The translations under genes and the position numbers were made by a program. Below, in pieces: positions 18,995-29,468 of a DNA stretch of 60,553 nt. The notes under the pieces were generated by a model that was given only the letters and a program-made list of their open reading frames with translations, was not told the DNA's origin and did no database searches. Within the stretch, counting starts at the first letter, position 1. Every line of letters begins with the position of its first letter. The stretch is from Candidatus Pacearchaeota archaeon. GTDB taxonomy: Archaea > Nanobdellota > Nanobdellia > Pacearchaeales > GW2011-AR1. The DNA lies in assembly GCA_016181895.1 (NCBI GenBank), contig JACOYL010000010.1:1-60553 (forward strand). The letters run 5' to 3'.

Positions 18995-19011
18995 TAAAAA
19001 CCTCGGGCGGG

Positions 19012-19104
19012 TTTTTACGAATCCCGCGACCGTTGATTTTTACAAATCCAGCAACCAATGAATTTACGAATCCAGCAATCGTGAACGAATCCCGCAACCA
19101 TCAA
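19012..19104 (+). repeat. 4 degenerate tandem units of about 19-26 bp in the rpoH-rpoB spacer
   Basis: core (tttta)CRAATCCMGCRAYC at 19012, 19037, 19063 and 19086; preceded by hairpin AAAAACC...GGTTTTT. Confidence 0.8.
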
Positions 19105-19122
19105 TTAAAGTCAAAACAAACC

Positions 19123-22100
19123 ATGCAAAACAAGCACCTGATAGTAAAAAAATATCTTGAAGAACATTCTCTTGTCGAGTCAAATATCATTTCTTTCAAC
19201 AACTTCATTGAAAAAAGAATGCAGGAAATTGTTTCCGAGATTTCCGAAACCATAATAAACGATGAGTTTGAAATAACTCTGGGAAGAATAAAAATAGGCA
19301 AGCCAAACATCATAGAATCCGACGGAAGTTCTTCCCTTGTGATGCCCTATGAAGCAAGATTGCGAAACCTTACCTATTCCGCCCCACTAACATTGGAGAT
19401 AACGATAAAAAAAGACGGGCAAATAGATTCCGACGATGTTGAAATCGGAAGGATTCCGATAATGGTTGGAAGCAAGGTTTGCAACACCCATGGAATGTCA
19501 AAAGAAGATTTGATAAAGCATTACAACGACCCCATAGACCCGAAGGGATATTTCATAATCAACGGAAACGAAAGGGTCATGATTATGTCAGAGGACCTGG
19601 CTGAAAACCAGCCGTTCATAGAGGAAAACGCAAAGGGAAATCTTCATTTGAGAATTTTTTCTTCAAAGGGAACGTACAGGATTCCGACGACGATTTTGGA
19701 AGACAAGGAGGGAATTTTGCAGGTTTCTTTCTCAAGGTTCAGGGATTTGCCGGCGGTGGTTTTGCTGAAAACTCTTGGAATGGTAAAAGAATCAGAAATA
19801 GCAAAATACATCGGAAAGGAAACAGATTCCGTCATCGTGAATCTTTATGAATTCGTCAACATAAACAGTTCGGAAGACGCGATGCTTTACATTGCGGAAA
19901 AAGCCGCGCTGCAGGGAACAAAAAAGGAAATTCTCGACAGAGTCAAGAACAGGATTGATTCCTATCTTTTTCCGCACATAGGGCAAAAAAAAGAAGACAG
20001 GATGAAAAAAGCGGTGACTCTTTGCAAATTAATCAAGCAATTTCTCATTGCAAAAGAAAAACCTGAACTGAAAACAGACAAGGACCATTATGCAAACAAG
20101 CGTGTTCGACTTTCAGGAGATTTGCTCGCAAGTCTTTTCCGCGTCAATTTGGGGGTTTTGATAAGGGACATCCAATATTCTTTGCAAAAATCGACAAAAA
20201 GAAAAAAATTGTTCTCCATAAAAACAATCGCGAAATCAACCTTGTTTTCCCATCGTGTCGAATCCGCGATTGCGACGGGAAGCTGGACCGGAGAAAGGTC
20301 TGGGGTTACGCAGAACATGGACAAGACAAATTATCTTGCAATAATCTCGCAGCTCCAAAGAGTTTCATCCATGCTTTCCTCGGAACAGGAAAATTTCATG
20401 GCGAGAACTTTGCATCCGACTCATTACGGAAAATTCTGTCCGATAGAAACTCCCGAAGGAACGGAAATCGGGCTTAGAAAAAATCTCGCAATTCTCTGCA
20501 GAATTTCAACTCGCGTGGATTTGGACGAGGAAAAATTCATAAAAAATCTAGAATCAGAGGGATTGAACAAGGAAGGAATAGAAGGCGGCGATGTTTTTTT
20601 CAACGGAAGATTCATAGGAAGCGCGAACAATCCTTCTGAATTTGTAAGAAAAATCCGGGAAAAAAGACGGGATTCCGAATTGCCCCAGCAATTGAATGTA
20701 AAATACGACGACGGTTTTGGCTTGGTTTCAATTTCAACAGAATCCGGAAGGGCTTTGAGGCCTTTGATAATCGCGGACAATGGGATATCAAGGCTGAACA
20801 AAGACCATCTTGTGAAATTGCAGCAAAACGAAATAAGATGGAACGACTTGCTCAAGCAAAAAATCATAGAATATCTCGACACCGCGGAAGAGGAAAACGC
20901 ATTGATTGCATTGTATGAAAATGAATTAACTCCAGAACATACGCATCTTGAAATAGATCCAATGGATTTGCTCGGCGTCGTGACAAGTTTGGTTCCGTAT
21001 GGAAACCACGACCAGAGTTCCAGGTTGAATCGCGGGAGCAAAACGCAAAAACAATCCCTTGGATTGTACGCGACGAATTATCTTGTTCGATTGGACACGG
21101 ATGTTTCGATTCTTCAATATCCACAAAAGCCGATTGTAAGAAGTTTTGTTTACGACACACTGCAAACATATCCCGCGGGACAAAACCTGATTGTCGCGAT
21201 AATGACTCACGAGGGTTACAATATGGAGGATGCATTGGTTTTGAACAAGGGAAGTCTTGACCGAGGTGTGGGAAGAAGTTTTTATTTCCGCCCTCATTCA
21301 TCTGTTGAAATGCATTACATGGGAAACATCAAAGACGAGATAATTGTTCCGACAAAGGACACTTCGGGGTACAAGACAGAGGAAAGTTACAGGTTTCTCG
21401 ACGATGACGGCGTTGTTTCTCCCGAATCTGAAATAAACGAAGGCGAGGTCCTGATAGGAAAAGTTTCCCCTCCGAAATTCTTTTCAGAGGCGAGGGAAAT
21501 TTCGGTGAAGACAAAAAAAGAATCTTCCGTTACAATGAGGCAGGAGGAAAAGGGAACTGTTGAATCCGTTTTCATAACTCAGGATTCTGAAGGGAACAAA
21601 ATAGTTCAGGTAAAAACAAGGGATTTGAGAATTCCGGAATTCGGCGACAAGTTTGCAACATCCCACGGACAAAAAGGGATAATCGGAGCCATAGTTCCGG
21701 AAAACGATGTTCCTTTTACATCAAGGGGAATCAAGCCCGATGTCATTTTCAATCCCCACGGCCTGCCGAGCAGGATGACTGTCGGTTATTTGCTTGAATT
21801 GCTTGCCGGAAAAGTCGGCTGTCTAAGAGGAGAGATGGTTGACGGAACTCCTTTTTCCGGAGAAAGCAAAAAAGATTTGGAAAATCAATTGTCAAATCTT
21901 GGATTCAGATACGACGGAAAAGAAACAATGTACAATCCGGTTACAGGGAAAAAAATCGTCGCAAAAATTTTCATCGGAAGCCTGTATTATTTGAAACTGA
22001 AATACATGGTTGCAAACAAGCTTCATGGAAGGGCTTCCGGAAAAATCGCGCTGCTTACAAGGCAGCCGATTGAAGGACGTTCCCGAGGCGGAGCATTGAG

Positions 22101-22374
22101 ACTTGGAGAAATGGAGCAGCAGGCTCTTGTGGCTCATGGAGCTTCATTGCTGTTGAAAGAAAGATACGACTCCGACAAAATAACTCTCTACATATGCGAA
22201 AAATGCGGTTCTGTTGCGATAGAAGACACGATAAGAAACAAAATTTATTGCCCTGTCTGCAATTCCGAGGACACGGAACCTGTTGAAATTTCATACGCGT
22301 TCAAGTTGCTGCTGGAAGAATTGCAAGGATTGCACATTCAAACTAAATTCAAGCTGAAAAACAAATATGAGTGA
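19123..22374 (+). CDS. rpoB: RNA polymerase subunit B (single-chain Rpo2)
   Basis: GYFIING.ERV, CPIETPEG, GDKFATSHGQKG, GGALRLGEME; start reassigned to MQNKHLIV. Confidence 0.97.
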   Translation: MQNKHLIVKKYLEEHSLVESNIISFNNFIEKRMQEIVSEISETIINDEFEITLGRIKIGKPNIIESDGSSSLVMPYEARLRNLTYSAPLTLEITIKKDGQIDSDDVEIGRIPIMVGSKVCNTHGMSKEDLIKHYNDPIDPKGYFIINGNERVMIMSEDLAENQPFIEENAKGNLHLRIFSSKGTYRIPTTILEDKEGILQVSFSRFRDLPAVVLLKTLGMVKESEIAKYIGKETDSVIVNLYEFVNINSSEDAMLYIAEKAALQGTKKEILDRVKNRIDSYLFPHIGQKKEDRMKKAVTLCKLIKQFLIAKEKPELKTDKDHYANKRVRLSGDLLASLFRVNLGVLIRDIQYSLQKSTKRKKLFSIKTIAKSTLFSHRVESAIATGSWTGERSGVTQNMDKTNYLAIISQLQRVSSMLSSEQENFMARTLHPTHYGKFCPIETPEGTEIGLRKNLAILCRISTRVDLDEEKFIKNLESEGLNKEGIEGGDVFFNGRFIGSANNPSEFVRKIREKRRDSELPQQLNVKYDDGFGLVSISTESGRALRPLIIADNGISRLNKDHLVKLQQNEIRWNDLLKQKIIEYLDTAEEENALIALYENELTPEHTHLEIDPMDLLGVVTSLVPYGNHDQSSRLNRGSKTQKQSLGLYATNYLVRLDTDVSILQYPQKPIVRSFVYDTLQTYPAGQNLIVAIMTHEGYNMEDALVLNKGSLDRGVGRSFYFRPHSSVEMHYMGNIKDEIIVPTKDTSGYKTEESYRFLDDDGVVSPESEINEGEVLIGKVSPPKFFSEAREISVKTKKESSVTMRQEEKGTVESVFITQDSEGNKIVQVKTRDLRIPEFGDKFATSHGQKGIIGAIVPENDVPFTSRGIKPDVIFNPHGLPSRMTVGYLLELLAGKVGCLRGEMVDGTPFSGESKKDLENQLSNLGFRYDGKETMYNPVTGKKIVAKIFIGSLYYLKLKYMVANKLHGRASGKIALLTRQPIEGRSRGGALRLGEMEQQALVAHGASLLLKERYDSDKITLYICEKCGSVAIEDTIRNKIYCPVCNSEDTEPVEISYAFKLLLEELQGLHIQTKFKLKNKYE

Positions 22375-22630
22375 GACAGTTATTTTTGATCTTGGAAGAG
22401 AAAGAAGATTAAATGTATATCTTATCGAAGGTGAATTTGACAATGAAATTTTGATGAGAGGAAAAGAAGGAGTCACGGAATATAGTGCCAGAAGTTTTAG
22501 AGAAGCAGAAAGAATTGCAAAATCAATAGGACTTAAAAGATTAAAATTTGGCATGAGAACCCCTTTAACAAATGAAAATCCTGAACCATGTAAAGTCATT
22601 GACATAAACACAAGACAGTATATAAACTAA
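22367..22630 (+). CDS. hypothetical protein inserted in the rpo operon
   Basis: 87-aa ORF overlapping the rpoB stop. Confidence 0.6.
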   Translation: MSETVIFDLGRERRLNVYLIEGEFDNEILMRGKEGVTEYSARSFREAERIAKSIGLKRLKFGMRTPLTNENPEPCKVIDINTRQYIN

Positions 22631-22631
22631 A

Positions 22632-22859
22632 ATGACGCACATTGATTTTCAAGTTATAGAAAGAGAAAGACCGGAAGATTTTAGTATAAATATGCTAAAT
22701 TATTGCCCCTTAATAAACGATTGCAAATTTGTTGATAAAGTATTATCAAAAGAATTTTGTAACGAAGGAAAATATCAAAAATGCAGCTTTTATCAAATTA
22801 GATTGCAGAATTATCAGAGAACTTTAAGGCGCAAATTAGAAAGGAGTGTAAGAAGATAA
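22632..22859 (+). CDS. hypothetical Cys-containing protein
   Basis: 75 aa; CP...C...C...C pattern; TAA-A-ATG junctions. Confidence 0.6.
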   Translation: MTHIDFQVIERERPEDFSINMLNYCPLINDCKFVDKVLSKEFCNEGKYQKCSFYQIRLQNYQRTLRRKLERSVRR

Positions 22860-22860
22860 A

Positions 22861-23079
22861 ATGGGAGAGATAATACAATTAAATTGGTATAGCATTAGCG
22901 GAAGAAGATATATTCCAGCAAGTTTTACTCCTAAAGGAGAGTTTGAAGTATTCTGTGACTTTGACGATACAAAATTATATCTCGCAAGAACCTCTGAAGA
23001 AGCAATAAGAAAAGCTTACAGAAATGGTTTCGGAATAATAAGAGATATTTTTGAAATAAGTTTGGACAAGGAAAACTAA
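22861..23079 (+). CDS. hypothetical protein
   Basis: 72 aa; TAA-A-ATG junction to rpoA. Confidence 0.6.
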   Translation: MGEIIQLNWYSISGRRYIPASFTPKGEFEVFCDFDDTKLYLARTSEEAIRKAYRNGFGIIRDIFEISLDKEN

Positions 23080-23080
23080 A

Positions 23081-26000
23081 ATGAAACAAATAAAAAAGCA
23101 AGTTGATGAAATAAAATTTGCATTGCTCAGTCCTGAACAGATTAAAAAAATTTCCTGCGCGAAAATCGTCACCCCTGAATTGTACGACATCGACAGTTAT
23201 CCCGTCGACGGGGGCTTGATGGACTTGAGGCTTGGAGCCATAGATCCTGGAGTAAGATGCAGAACATGCGGGGGAAGATTGAAGGAATGCCTTGGGCATC
23301 CGGGAAGAATAGAACTAGCAAGGCCGATAATACATTTGAAATATGTTCCCTTGATTGAAACGGGATTGAGATGCTTCTGCCACGAATGCGGAAAACTTCT
23401 TCTTAATGAAAGCGATTTGAAAAAATACCCCGCGAATGAAAGGGCGAAAAAGGCAAAGGATGCAAAACGATGCCCGCATTGCAACGCAAGCCATGAAAAA
23501 GTCAAATTGGAAAAGCCGACAAGTTTTTACATCGGAAAGAAAAGGCTTTTTCCCACAACGATAAGGGAAATCCTGAGCAGGATTCCCGACGAGGAACTGA
23601 AAAAGATTTCCGTTGACGCGGAGAGTTGCAGGCCCGAATGGGCTGTTCTTACATTGTTGCTTGTTCCTTCCGTCACGATAAGGCCGAGCATAATTCTTGA
23701 ATCTGGAGAAAGAAGCGAGGACGATTTGACTCACAAGCTCTCCGACATAATAAGGGCGAACCAAAGACTCTGGGAAAATTTAAATGCCGGCGCTCCCGAA
23801 GTCATAATCGAGGATTTGTGGGATTTGCTCCAATTCCACGTGACAACTTTCTTTGACAACACCGTTTCCAAAATTCCGCCGGCAAGGCACAGAAGCGGGC
23901 AGCCGTTGAAAACAATTACCGAAAGAATAAAGGGAAAAGAGGGAAGAATAAGAAAAAATCTCGCGGGCAAAAGAGTGAATTATTCCGGGAGAACAGTCAT
24001 TTCTCCAGATCCGTCAATGGAATTGAATGAAGTCGGAATTCCGTTTGAAATCGCCCGCGTCGTAACGGTTGCTGAGATGGTAAACGACGTGAACATGGAC
24101 AAGCTGAAAAAATTGATTGAAATGGGAGAAAAATATCCCGGCGCAAATTATGTCATTCGTCCCGACGGAAAAAAGAAAAAAATAACTCCCGACTTGAAAG
24201 AGGAAATAATAAGTGAAATAACTCCGGGATACAAGGTTGAAAGGCATCTTCAGGACGGAGATATTGTTCTTTTCAACAGGCATCCGAGTTTGCACAAAAC
24301 CAGTTTGATGGCTCACATTGCCAAAATCCTGCCCGGAAGAACATTTCGTTTGCATCCCGGAACCGCGTTTCCTTACAATGCTGATTTTGACGGGGATGAA
24401 ATGAACATTCACTCTCCTCAAACAGAAGAGGCGAGGGCGGAAGCAAAAATCCTCCTCGACGTGAAAAAAAACCTGATGTCCTCTAAAAACAATACGAATT
24501 TTCTCGGTTGTTCGCAGGACGCGATAACGGGAAATTATCTTCTCGGATTGGAAGAATTTTCCTCTGATTATGCAAACCAGATTCTCTACAGGGCTGGAAT
24601 ATTAAAACCCTCGACAAAGAAAAACATTTCCGGTTTCGAATTGTTTTCAAATATTCTTCCTGAAATAAATTTTTCAAACAGCTCGATAAAGATACAGGAC
24701 GGAAAAATCCTGAAAGGAAAAATAGACAAAACTCTTTTCGGACAGGAGGACGGGGAATTGATAACAGAACTCGACAAAAAACTTGGAAGGGACGAGACGA
24801 TAAAGGCGATAAAAAATGCGTTTGATTTGGGAATCCATTACATTACGGAAAGAGGAATAACAATTTCAATAGAGGATTTGAATTTGAAGAAAAAGGTGAT
24901 AGAGCAGGGAGAAGAAATAATAAAGAAGGCGGAGAAAAAAACAGAAGAGCTGATTGAATTGTACAATCAGGAAGATTTTGAAATCATACCCGGAAAGACA
25001 AAAGAGGACACGAGGGAAATAAAAATCCTTCAGGCTTTGAACGAGGTGAGGACAAAAATAGGGGAGATTGTAAAGCAGGAATTTCCCGAGGACAATCCCG
25101 TGAATCACATGATAATTTCCGGAGGCGGAGGAAACATATTGAACATAACCCAAATTGCATGCTGCGTCGGACAGCAGGCTTTATGGGGAAAAAGAATCGA
25201 CATAGGATACAACAAAAGAACGCTGTCATTTTTCAAAAAAGAGGAATTAAGCCCGGCGTCAAGGGGATTCATAAAAAGTTCCTTCATGCGCGGATTAAGA
25301 CCGGATGAATTTTTTTTCGGGGCTATTGCCGGACGCGATTCCCTGATGGATACTGCATTGAGAACCCCGAAATCGGGATACCTTTACAGAAGATTGGCAA
25401 GCGCGCTTCAGGATTTGAAAGTCGAATACGACGGGACAATAAGGGACAGCAACAACAATATCATCCAGTTCAAATACGGCTCTGATGGAATTGATGTTTC
25501 CAAATCTCATTTGAACGGAAAAATAGAACCCGGAGAAGCGATAGGAATCATAACCGCGCAGTCTTTCGGGGAACCTTCAACGCAAATGGCTTTGAACGTT
25601 TTCCACTTCGCAGGAGTCCAGGAAATGCAGATTACAGCAGGGCTTCCGAGGCTGATTGAAATTTTCGATGCGAGAAAAAAACCAAGCTCCCCGAAAATGG
25701 AAATTTATCTCACAAAGGAACATAACAATGAAAAAGATGCGAGGGCTTTCGCGGAAAAAATAAAGGAAGTGAAAGTTTCCGAGCTTGCCTCCGAAATAAA
25801 CTTGAACTTTTCCGACAAGCACATTGAAATAAAAATAGACAAGAACAAATTGAGGCACGCGCACATTTCCCTGAAGACGGTTGTCGACAGGCTTAACGAA
25901 ATCGGCTACAAATCAAGGGAAAAAGGGGAATCAATCTCGTTGAATGTTTCAGACATGGGCTTCAAGGAAATTTATAAAATGAAGGAAAAAATAAAAAGAG

Positions 26001-26566
26001 AAATCATCTCCGGAGTCAAGGGAGTCAGCCAGATTCTCATTGTCAAAAGAGAAAGGGATTATGTCGTGACGACTCTTGGAACAAATCTCAAGAAAATAAT
26101 AACGTTGAAGGAAGTCGACAAAAACAAGACGATTTCAAACGACTTTTACGAAGTCGCGGGAATATTTGGAATCGAGGTTGCAAGACAATTGATAATAGAG
26201 GAAATAAACAAGGTTCTCAGTACGCAGGGATTGGACATTGATTTGAGGCATTTGGAATTGGCCGCGGATTCCATGAGCAACACCGGAGAAATAAAGGGAA
26301 TTACAAGAATGGGAATCATAGCGCAGAAATCCTCTATACTTGCAAGGGCGACATTCGAAACCCCTGTAAAGCAATTTGTGAACGCATCGATAAAGGGAAG
26401 CAGGGACAAACTGGCCAGCGTCGTGGAAAACATAATTCTCAATCAGCCCGTTCCTGTCGGCACCGGTCTTCCTGGATTGCTTGTAAAAGTCGTCGGTCCG
26501 ATGTCAAAACCGGAGAGCGAATTGAAAAAAGCAAAAAAAGAAGTTGTTGAAAAGGTGAATGAGTGA
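23081..26566 (+). CDS. rpoA: RNA polymerase subunit A, fused A'+A'' (Rpo1)
   Basis: CLGHPG, NADFDGD, then in the same ORF the A''-type PGEAIG..AQSFGEPSTQM and NIILNQPVPVGTG. Confidence 0.97.
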   Translation: MKQIKKQVDEIKFALLSPEQIKKISCAKIVTPELYDIDSYPVDGGLMDLRLGAIDPGVRCRTCGGRLKECLGHPGRIELARPIIHLKYVPLIETGLRCFCHECGKLLLNESDLKKYPANERAKKAKDAKRCPHCNASHEKVKLEKPTSFYIGKKRLFPTTIREILSRIPDEELKKISVDAESCRPEWAVLTLLLVPSVTIRPSIILESGERSEDDLTHKLSDIIRANQRLWENLNAGAPEVIIEDLWDLLQFHVTTFFDNTVSKIPPARHRSGQPLKTITERIKGKEGRIRKNLAGKRVNYSGRTVISPDPSMELNEVGIPFEIARVVTVAEMVNDVNMDKLKKLIEMGEKYPGANYVIRPDGKKKKITPDLKEEIISEITPGYKVERHLQDGDIVLFNRHPSLHKTSLMAHIAKILPGRTFRLHPGTAFPYNADFDGDEMNIHSPQTEEARAEAKILLDVKKNLMSSKNNTNFLGCSQDAITGNYLLGLEEFSSDYANQILYRAGILKPSTKKNISGFELFSNILPEINFSNSSIKIQDGKILKGKIDKTLFGQEDGELITELDKKLGRDETIKAIKNAFDLGIHYITERGITISIEDLNLKKKVIEQGEEIIKKAEKKTEELIELYNQEDFEIIPGKTKEDTREIKILQALNEVRTKIGEIVKQEFPEDNPVNHMIISGGGGNILNITQIACCVGQQALWGKRIDIGYNKRTLSFFKKEELSPASRGFIKSSFMRGLRPDEFFFGAIAGRDSLMDTALRTPKSGYLYRRLASALQDLKVEYDGTIRDSNNNIIQFKYGSDGIDVSKSHLNGKIEPGEAIGIITAQSFGEPSTQMALNVFHFAGVQEMQITAGLPRLIEIFDARKKPSSPKMEIYLTKEHNNEKDARAFAEKIKEVKVSELASEINLNFSDKHIEIKIDKNKLRHAHISLKTVVDRLNEIGYKSREKGESISLNVSDMGFKEIYKMKEKIKREIISGVKGVSQILIVKRERDYVVTTLGTNLKKIITLKEVDKNKTISNDFYEVAGIFGIEVARQLIIEEINKVLSTQGLDIDLRHLELAADSMSNTGEIKGITRMGIIAQKSSILARATFETPVKQFVNASIKGSRDKLASVVENIILNQPVPVGTGLPGLLVKVVGPMSKPESELKKAKKEVVEKVNE

Positions 26567-26710
26567 ATTCTAACAGTTTTGTTTAAAAAGCAATCGTTTG
26601 CGAAGTCATATCTTTTTTATTGACGAAAAAATTAACCAAAAAGCCATTACGCATAGCGATCAGCCATAGCGATTACGAATACGCATCGCGAGACACGGAA
26701 AATTAATTAT

Positions 26711-26758
26711 TTTTGTATTAACACCATTATTAATATGCGGGCGAATGAAGTGGGTGAG
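26711..26758. repeat. dispersed intergenic element, copy 2 core
   Basis: TTTTGTATTAACACCATTATTAATATGCG is 28/29 identical to 37393-37421; GTGGGTGAG at 26750. Confidence 0.65.
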
Positions 26759-26882
26759 CCATTTTGTTTAATCAAAACAATCCAGGATTTTTTAAAAAAA
26801 GCCAACTTCAACAGAATGTTTATAAAAGATTTTCTCTTTACCGAGTTTACAAGGGAAACGGTTTAACCAAATTTAATTTAAA

Positions 26883-27299
26883 ATGATTAATACAATCAAC
26901 ATGCAGGACATGAGATACTTGAATTTGTTCGCGAAAACAACCGGCGTTTCAACAAGATTTTGCTTCAGATACAACGACTTCATAATTTTTTCTGTTCCAA
27001 AAGAACTTGTTTCAAAAGCAATCGGGGAGAGCGGAAAGAACGTGAAGAGATTGAATGAAATTCTCGGCAGGAAAATAAAAGTTGTTTTTGCGCCCCATGG
27101 ATTTCAAGATGCAAGGGAATTCATGGAAGACGTGATAAGCCCTGTCGGATTCAAGGATTTTGAAATGAATCCAAGGGAGATAATAATAACAGCCGGAAGC
27201 CAAAACAAAGCGGCGCTGATAGGAAGAAACAAAAGAAGGCTTTACGAATTGCAAAAAATCGCCAAGGATTTCTTTGGCAGGGAATTAAGAGTTGTATAA
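26883..27299 (+). CDS. nusA: archaeal NusA (KH-domain) transcription factor
   Basis: KAIGESGKNV, AALIGRNKRR; position after rpoA. Confidence 0.9.
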   Translation: MINTINMQDMRYLNLFAKTTGVSTRFCFRYNDFIIFSVPKELVSKAIGESGKNVKRLNEILGRKIKVVFAPHGFQDAREFMEDVISPVGFKDFEMNPREIIITAGSQNKAALIGRNKRRLYELQKIAKDFFGRELRVV

Positions 27300-27539
27300 T
27301 CGGATTTGTGAGAATTATTTGCTCTCCCTAATACATAAAACCATAAGTTTGTATAATATGACTTCTACATGGATAATTTGTTCAAGTCCTATTAGAATTG
27401 TTGGTGAAGGGATAAAACACGGAAATAATCAGGATTGCATAAAAAATCAAGGAAGAAAAAATAGTCAGTTAATATTAATGGATTTTCTCTGATGCCCCAT
27501 GGTCTTGCCGTTCTTCATTCATCTTATTTTGCGGCAGAA

Positions 27540-28541
27540 TTATATTTTTTTTTCGGAAAAGAATTGAGGATTAACCGAGGAGTAATCAGTCGGAATCCGC
27601 CTCTGTTTATAAAATCTGTCTATAAAAAGAACCACTATCAATATCATGTTGATTAATATTGCTATAATAAGATAATAAACCAAATACCCTAGGGAAATCA
27701 CTCTCTCGACAACCTCGAAATGCGCGCTTGATGTTGCGACTCCGTTTGGATAAACAAGTTCAAGCCCGACAATGTATTGTCCAAGAGGCAAAATGCCGGT
27801 GTCGAAATCACGACGGAAATCAATTCTCTTGTCAACAAGAAGGGTTTCTGATTTTGTCAGGTAAATTTTGCCATTGTAATCCTGAATCACGTAATTCAAA
27901 GCAACATCAAGCCTGTTTTCATCGCCAAGAGGAATCAGCGTGACTTCTGTTTTCAATTTCCTCCCTTGACCTACAATATAATTTTTGTTCAAAACAACAA
28001 TGTTTGAATCAAACAGAAGAAGTTTTGTTCTTACATTTATCGAAACCGGAATCTCCTTGTTTCCAATGAGAATTTTTCCCGTAAAGATTCCTGTTCTGTT
28101 CAATGCAACAAAAACAACGTTGAAACTTTTCGTTTCTCCCGGATTCAAAGTCAGCAAAGACTCTGAAATAATAATCATGTTGTCAAGATTTGACTGCCGA
28201 ATATTCACATTGTTCACGGTGCTTTTCAGATTCTTCACAGTTATTGTTTTTTCTATGTTCGTATTGACTGCAAGTTCAATGTTAAACTCTGTCGGAGAAA
28301 CTTCAACACTTGGAACAATTATTCCTCCCCCGCCCGCACCTCCGGAAGGCGCGGCTTCTTCTTCTGTTACAGGCAAATCTCCGGGAATGTTCCCTTCAAA
28401 AAAAGGGTCTGAACTGGCTGTGATTCCCGCTTCTCCTCCCGAAGTCACTGAAATAATATCCAAACCGGTAAGAACAAAATATCCGAAAAAGCTGTCCAAC
28501 AAAATCAGCAAAATTATGACATAAGTTGACGCTTTCATCAA
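27540..28541 (-). CDS. membrane-anchored surface protein with Gly-rich linker and Ig-like domains
   Basis: N- and C-terminal hydrophobic helices; PSGGAGGGG linker; beta-rich domains. Confidence 0.75.
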   Translation of the reverse strand: MMKASTYVIILLILLDSFFGYFVLTGLDIISVTSGGEAGITASSDPFFEGNIPGDLPVTEEEAAPSGGAGGGGIIVPSVEVSPTEFNIELAVNTNIEKTITVKNLKSTVNNVNIRQSNLDNMIIISESLLTLNPGETKSFNVVFVALNRTGIFTGKILIGNKEIPVSINVRTKLLLFDSNIVVLNKNYIVGQGRKLKTEVTLIPLGDENRLDVALNYVIQDYNGKIYLTKSETLLVDKRIDFRRDFDTGILPLGQYIVGLELVYPNGVATSSAHFEVVERVISLGYLVYYLIIAILINMILIVVLFIDRFYKQRRIPTDYSSVNPQFFSEKKI

Positions 28542-28607
28542 TTCAAATAAATTAAGAACTCTTTAAAGTTTTCTCGGTTTCAACACAATATGATACAGCC
28601 TTTATAA

Positions 28608-28655
28608 TTAACACCAAGAATAAGAATTGTTTTTGATGCAGAGTTCTTTAAATCT
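28608..28655. repeat. cassette-boundary repeat A
   Basis: shares AAGAATAAGAATTGT with B and C, GCAGAGTTC with C and D. Confidence 0.75.
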
Positions 28656-28761
28656 TTGCTCATAAATCTGTATCGTCTGATTTTATTCTTCAATCATTTA
28701 TTGCTGTTCTTGGATTGCCTAACAAGAAAAGATTTATATAGTTTTTAAGCCAAGAACTGAT

Positions 28762-28959
28762 ATGGCTGAAATAAAAATAAAAATTCCTGATGAAATAAGA
28801 GAGAGAATGCAAAAAGAGAGTATAAATATTTCTGTATTAATTGAGAGACTGATAAAACATTTAGAGGAAGAAAAGGAAATGATAGACTGGTCGGTTAAAT
28901 TGCAAAGGGCTTCTAGAAAAGGCAGATTTGATGAACTGAAAAAAAGAGGATTAATATGA
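28762..28959 (+). CDS. VapB-like antitoxin
   Basis: 65 aa; MAEIKIKIPDEI; directly before a PIN gene. Confidence 0.7.
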   Translation: MAEIKIKIPDEIRERMQKESINISVLIERLIKHLEEEKEMIDWSVKLQRASRKGRFDELKKRGLI

Positions 28960-28962
28960 ATT

Positions 28963-29367
28963 ATGAAATTTGTAGTGGACACAAACGTTTTATTTACATT
29001 TTTTTGGGATAATTCTTTTACCCGAGGAATATTACTTGACCAAGATTTTGAATTTTTTGCGCCGGAATATGCCTTGGAAGAAATCAATGATAAAACCAAT
29101 GAAATAATTAGAAAAACAGGGATTTCACACGATAAATTCAAGGAACTAAGAACAGATTTGGCAATATGCGTTGAATTCATTCCAACAGGAGAATATTCGG
29201 ATTTTTTACAAAAAGTTTCGGACATTCCTGACAAAAATGATGCTGATTTCGTTGCATTGGCATTAAAACTTAAACTTCCTCTTTGGTCCAATGATAAACA
29301 ACTTAAAAAACAATCGTTGGTTAAAGTTTATTCAACAAAAGAAATTCTTAAACTATTATACAAATAA
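28963..29367 (+). CDS. PIN-domain (VapC-like) toxin
   Basis: VVDTNVL, DKNDADFVALA, LWSND. Confidence 0.9.
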   Translation: MKFVVDTNVLFTFFWDNSFTRGILLDQDFEFFAPEYALEEINDKTNEIIRKTGISHDKFKELRTDLAICVEFIPTGEYSDFLQKVSDIPDKNDADFVALALKLKLPLWSNDKQLKKQSLVKVYSTKEILKLLYK

Positions 29368-29374
29368 TTTTTCC

Positions 29375-29428
29375 TCAAGCATCTCCAATGTCTGTGAATT
29401 CTTAGCAGAAAGAATAAGAATTGTCTTT
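29375..29428. repeat. cassette-boundary repeat B
   Basis: 30/33 nt identical to D; 23 nt identical to C. Confidence 0.8.
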
Positions 29429-29468
29429 CTTAAAGTCTGATTATATTTATGCAATGCTTATATAATTC

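Noticed and set aside
19012-19104. Possible mini-CRISPR array
   Set aside because: Units are contiguous and degenerate with no unique spacers; no cas genes
19033-19122. N-terminal extension of RpoB given in the ORF track
   Set aside because: TTG start inside the tandem repeat; homology begins at ATG 19123
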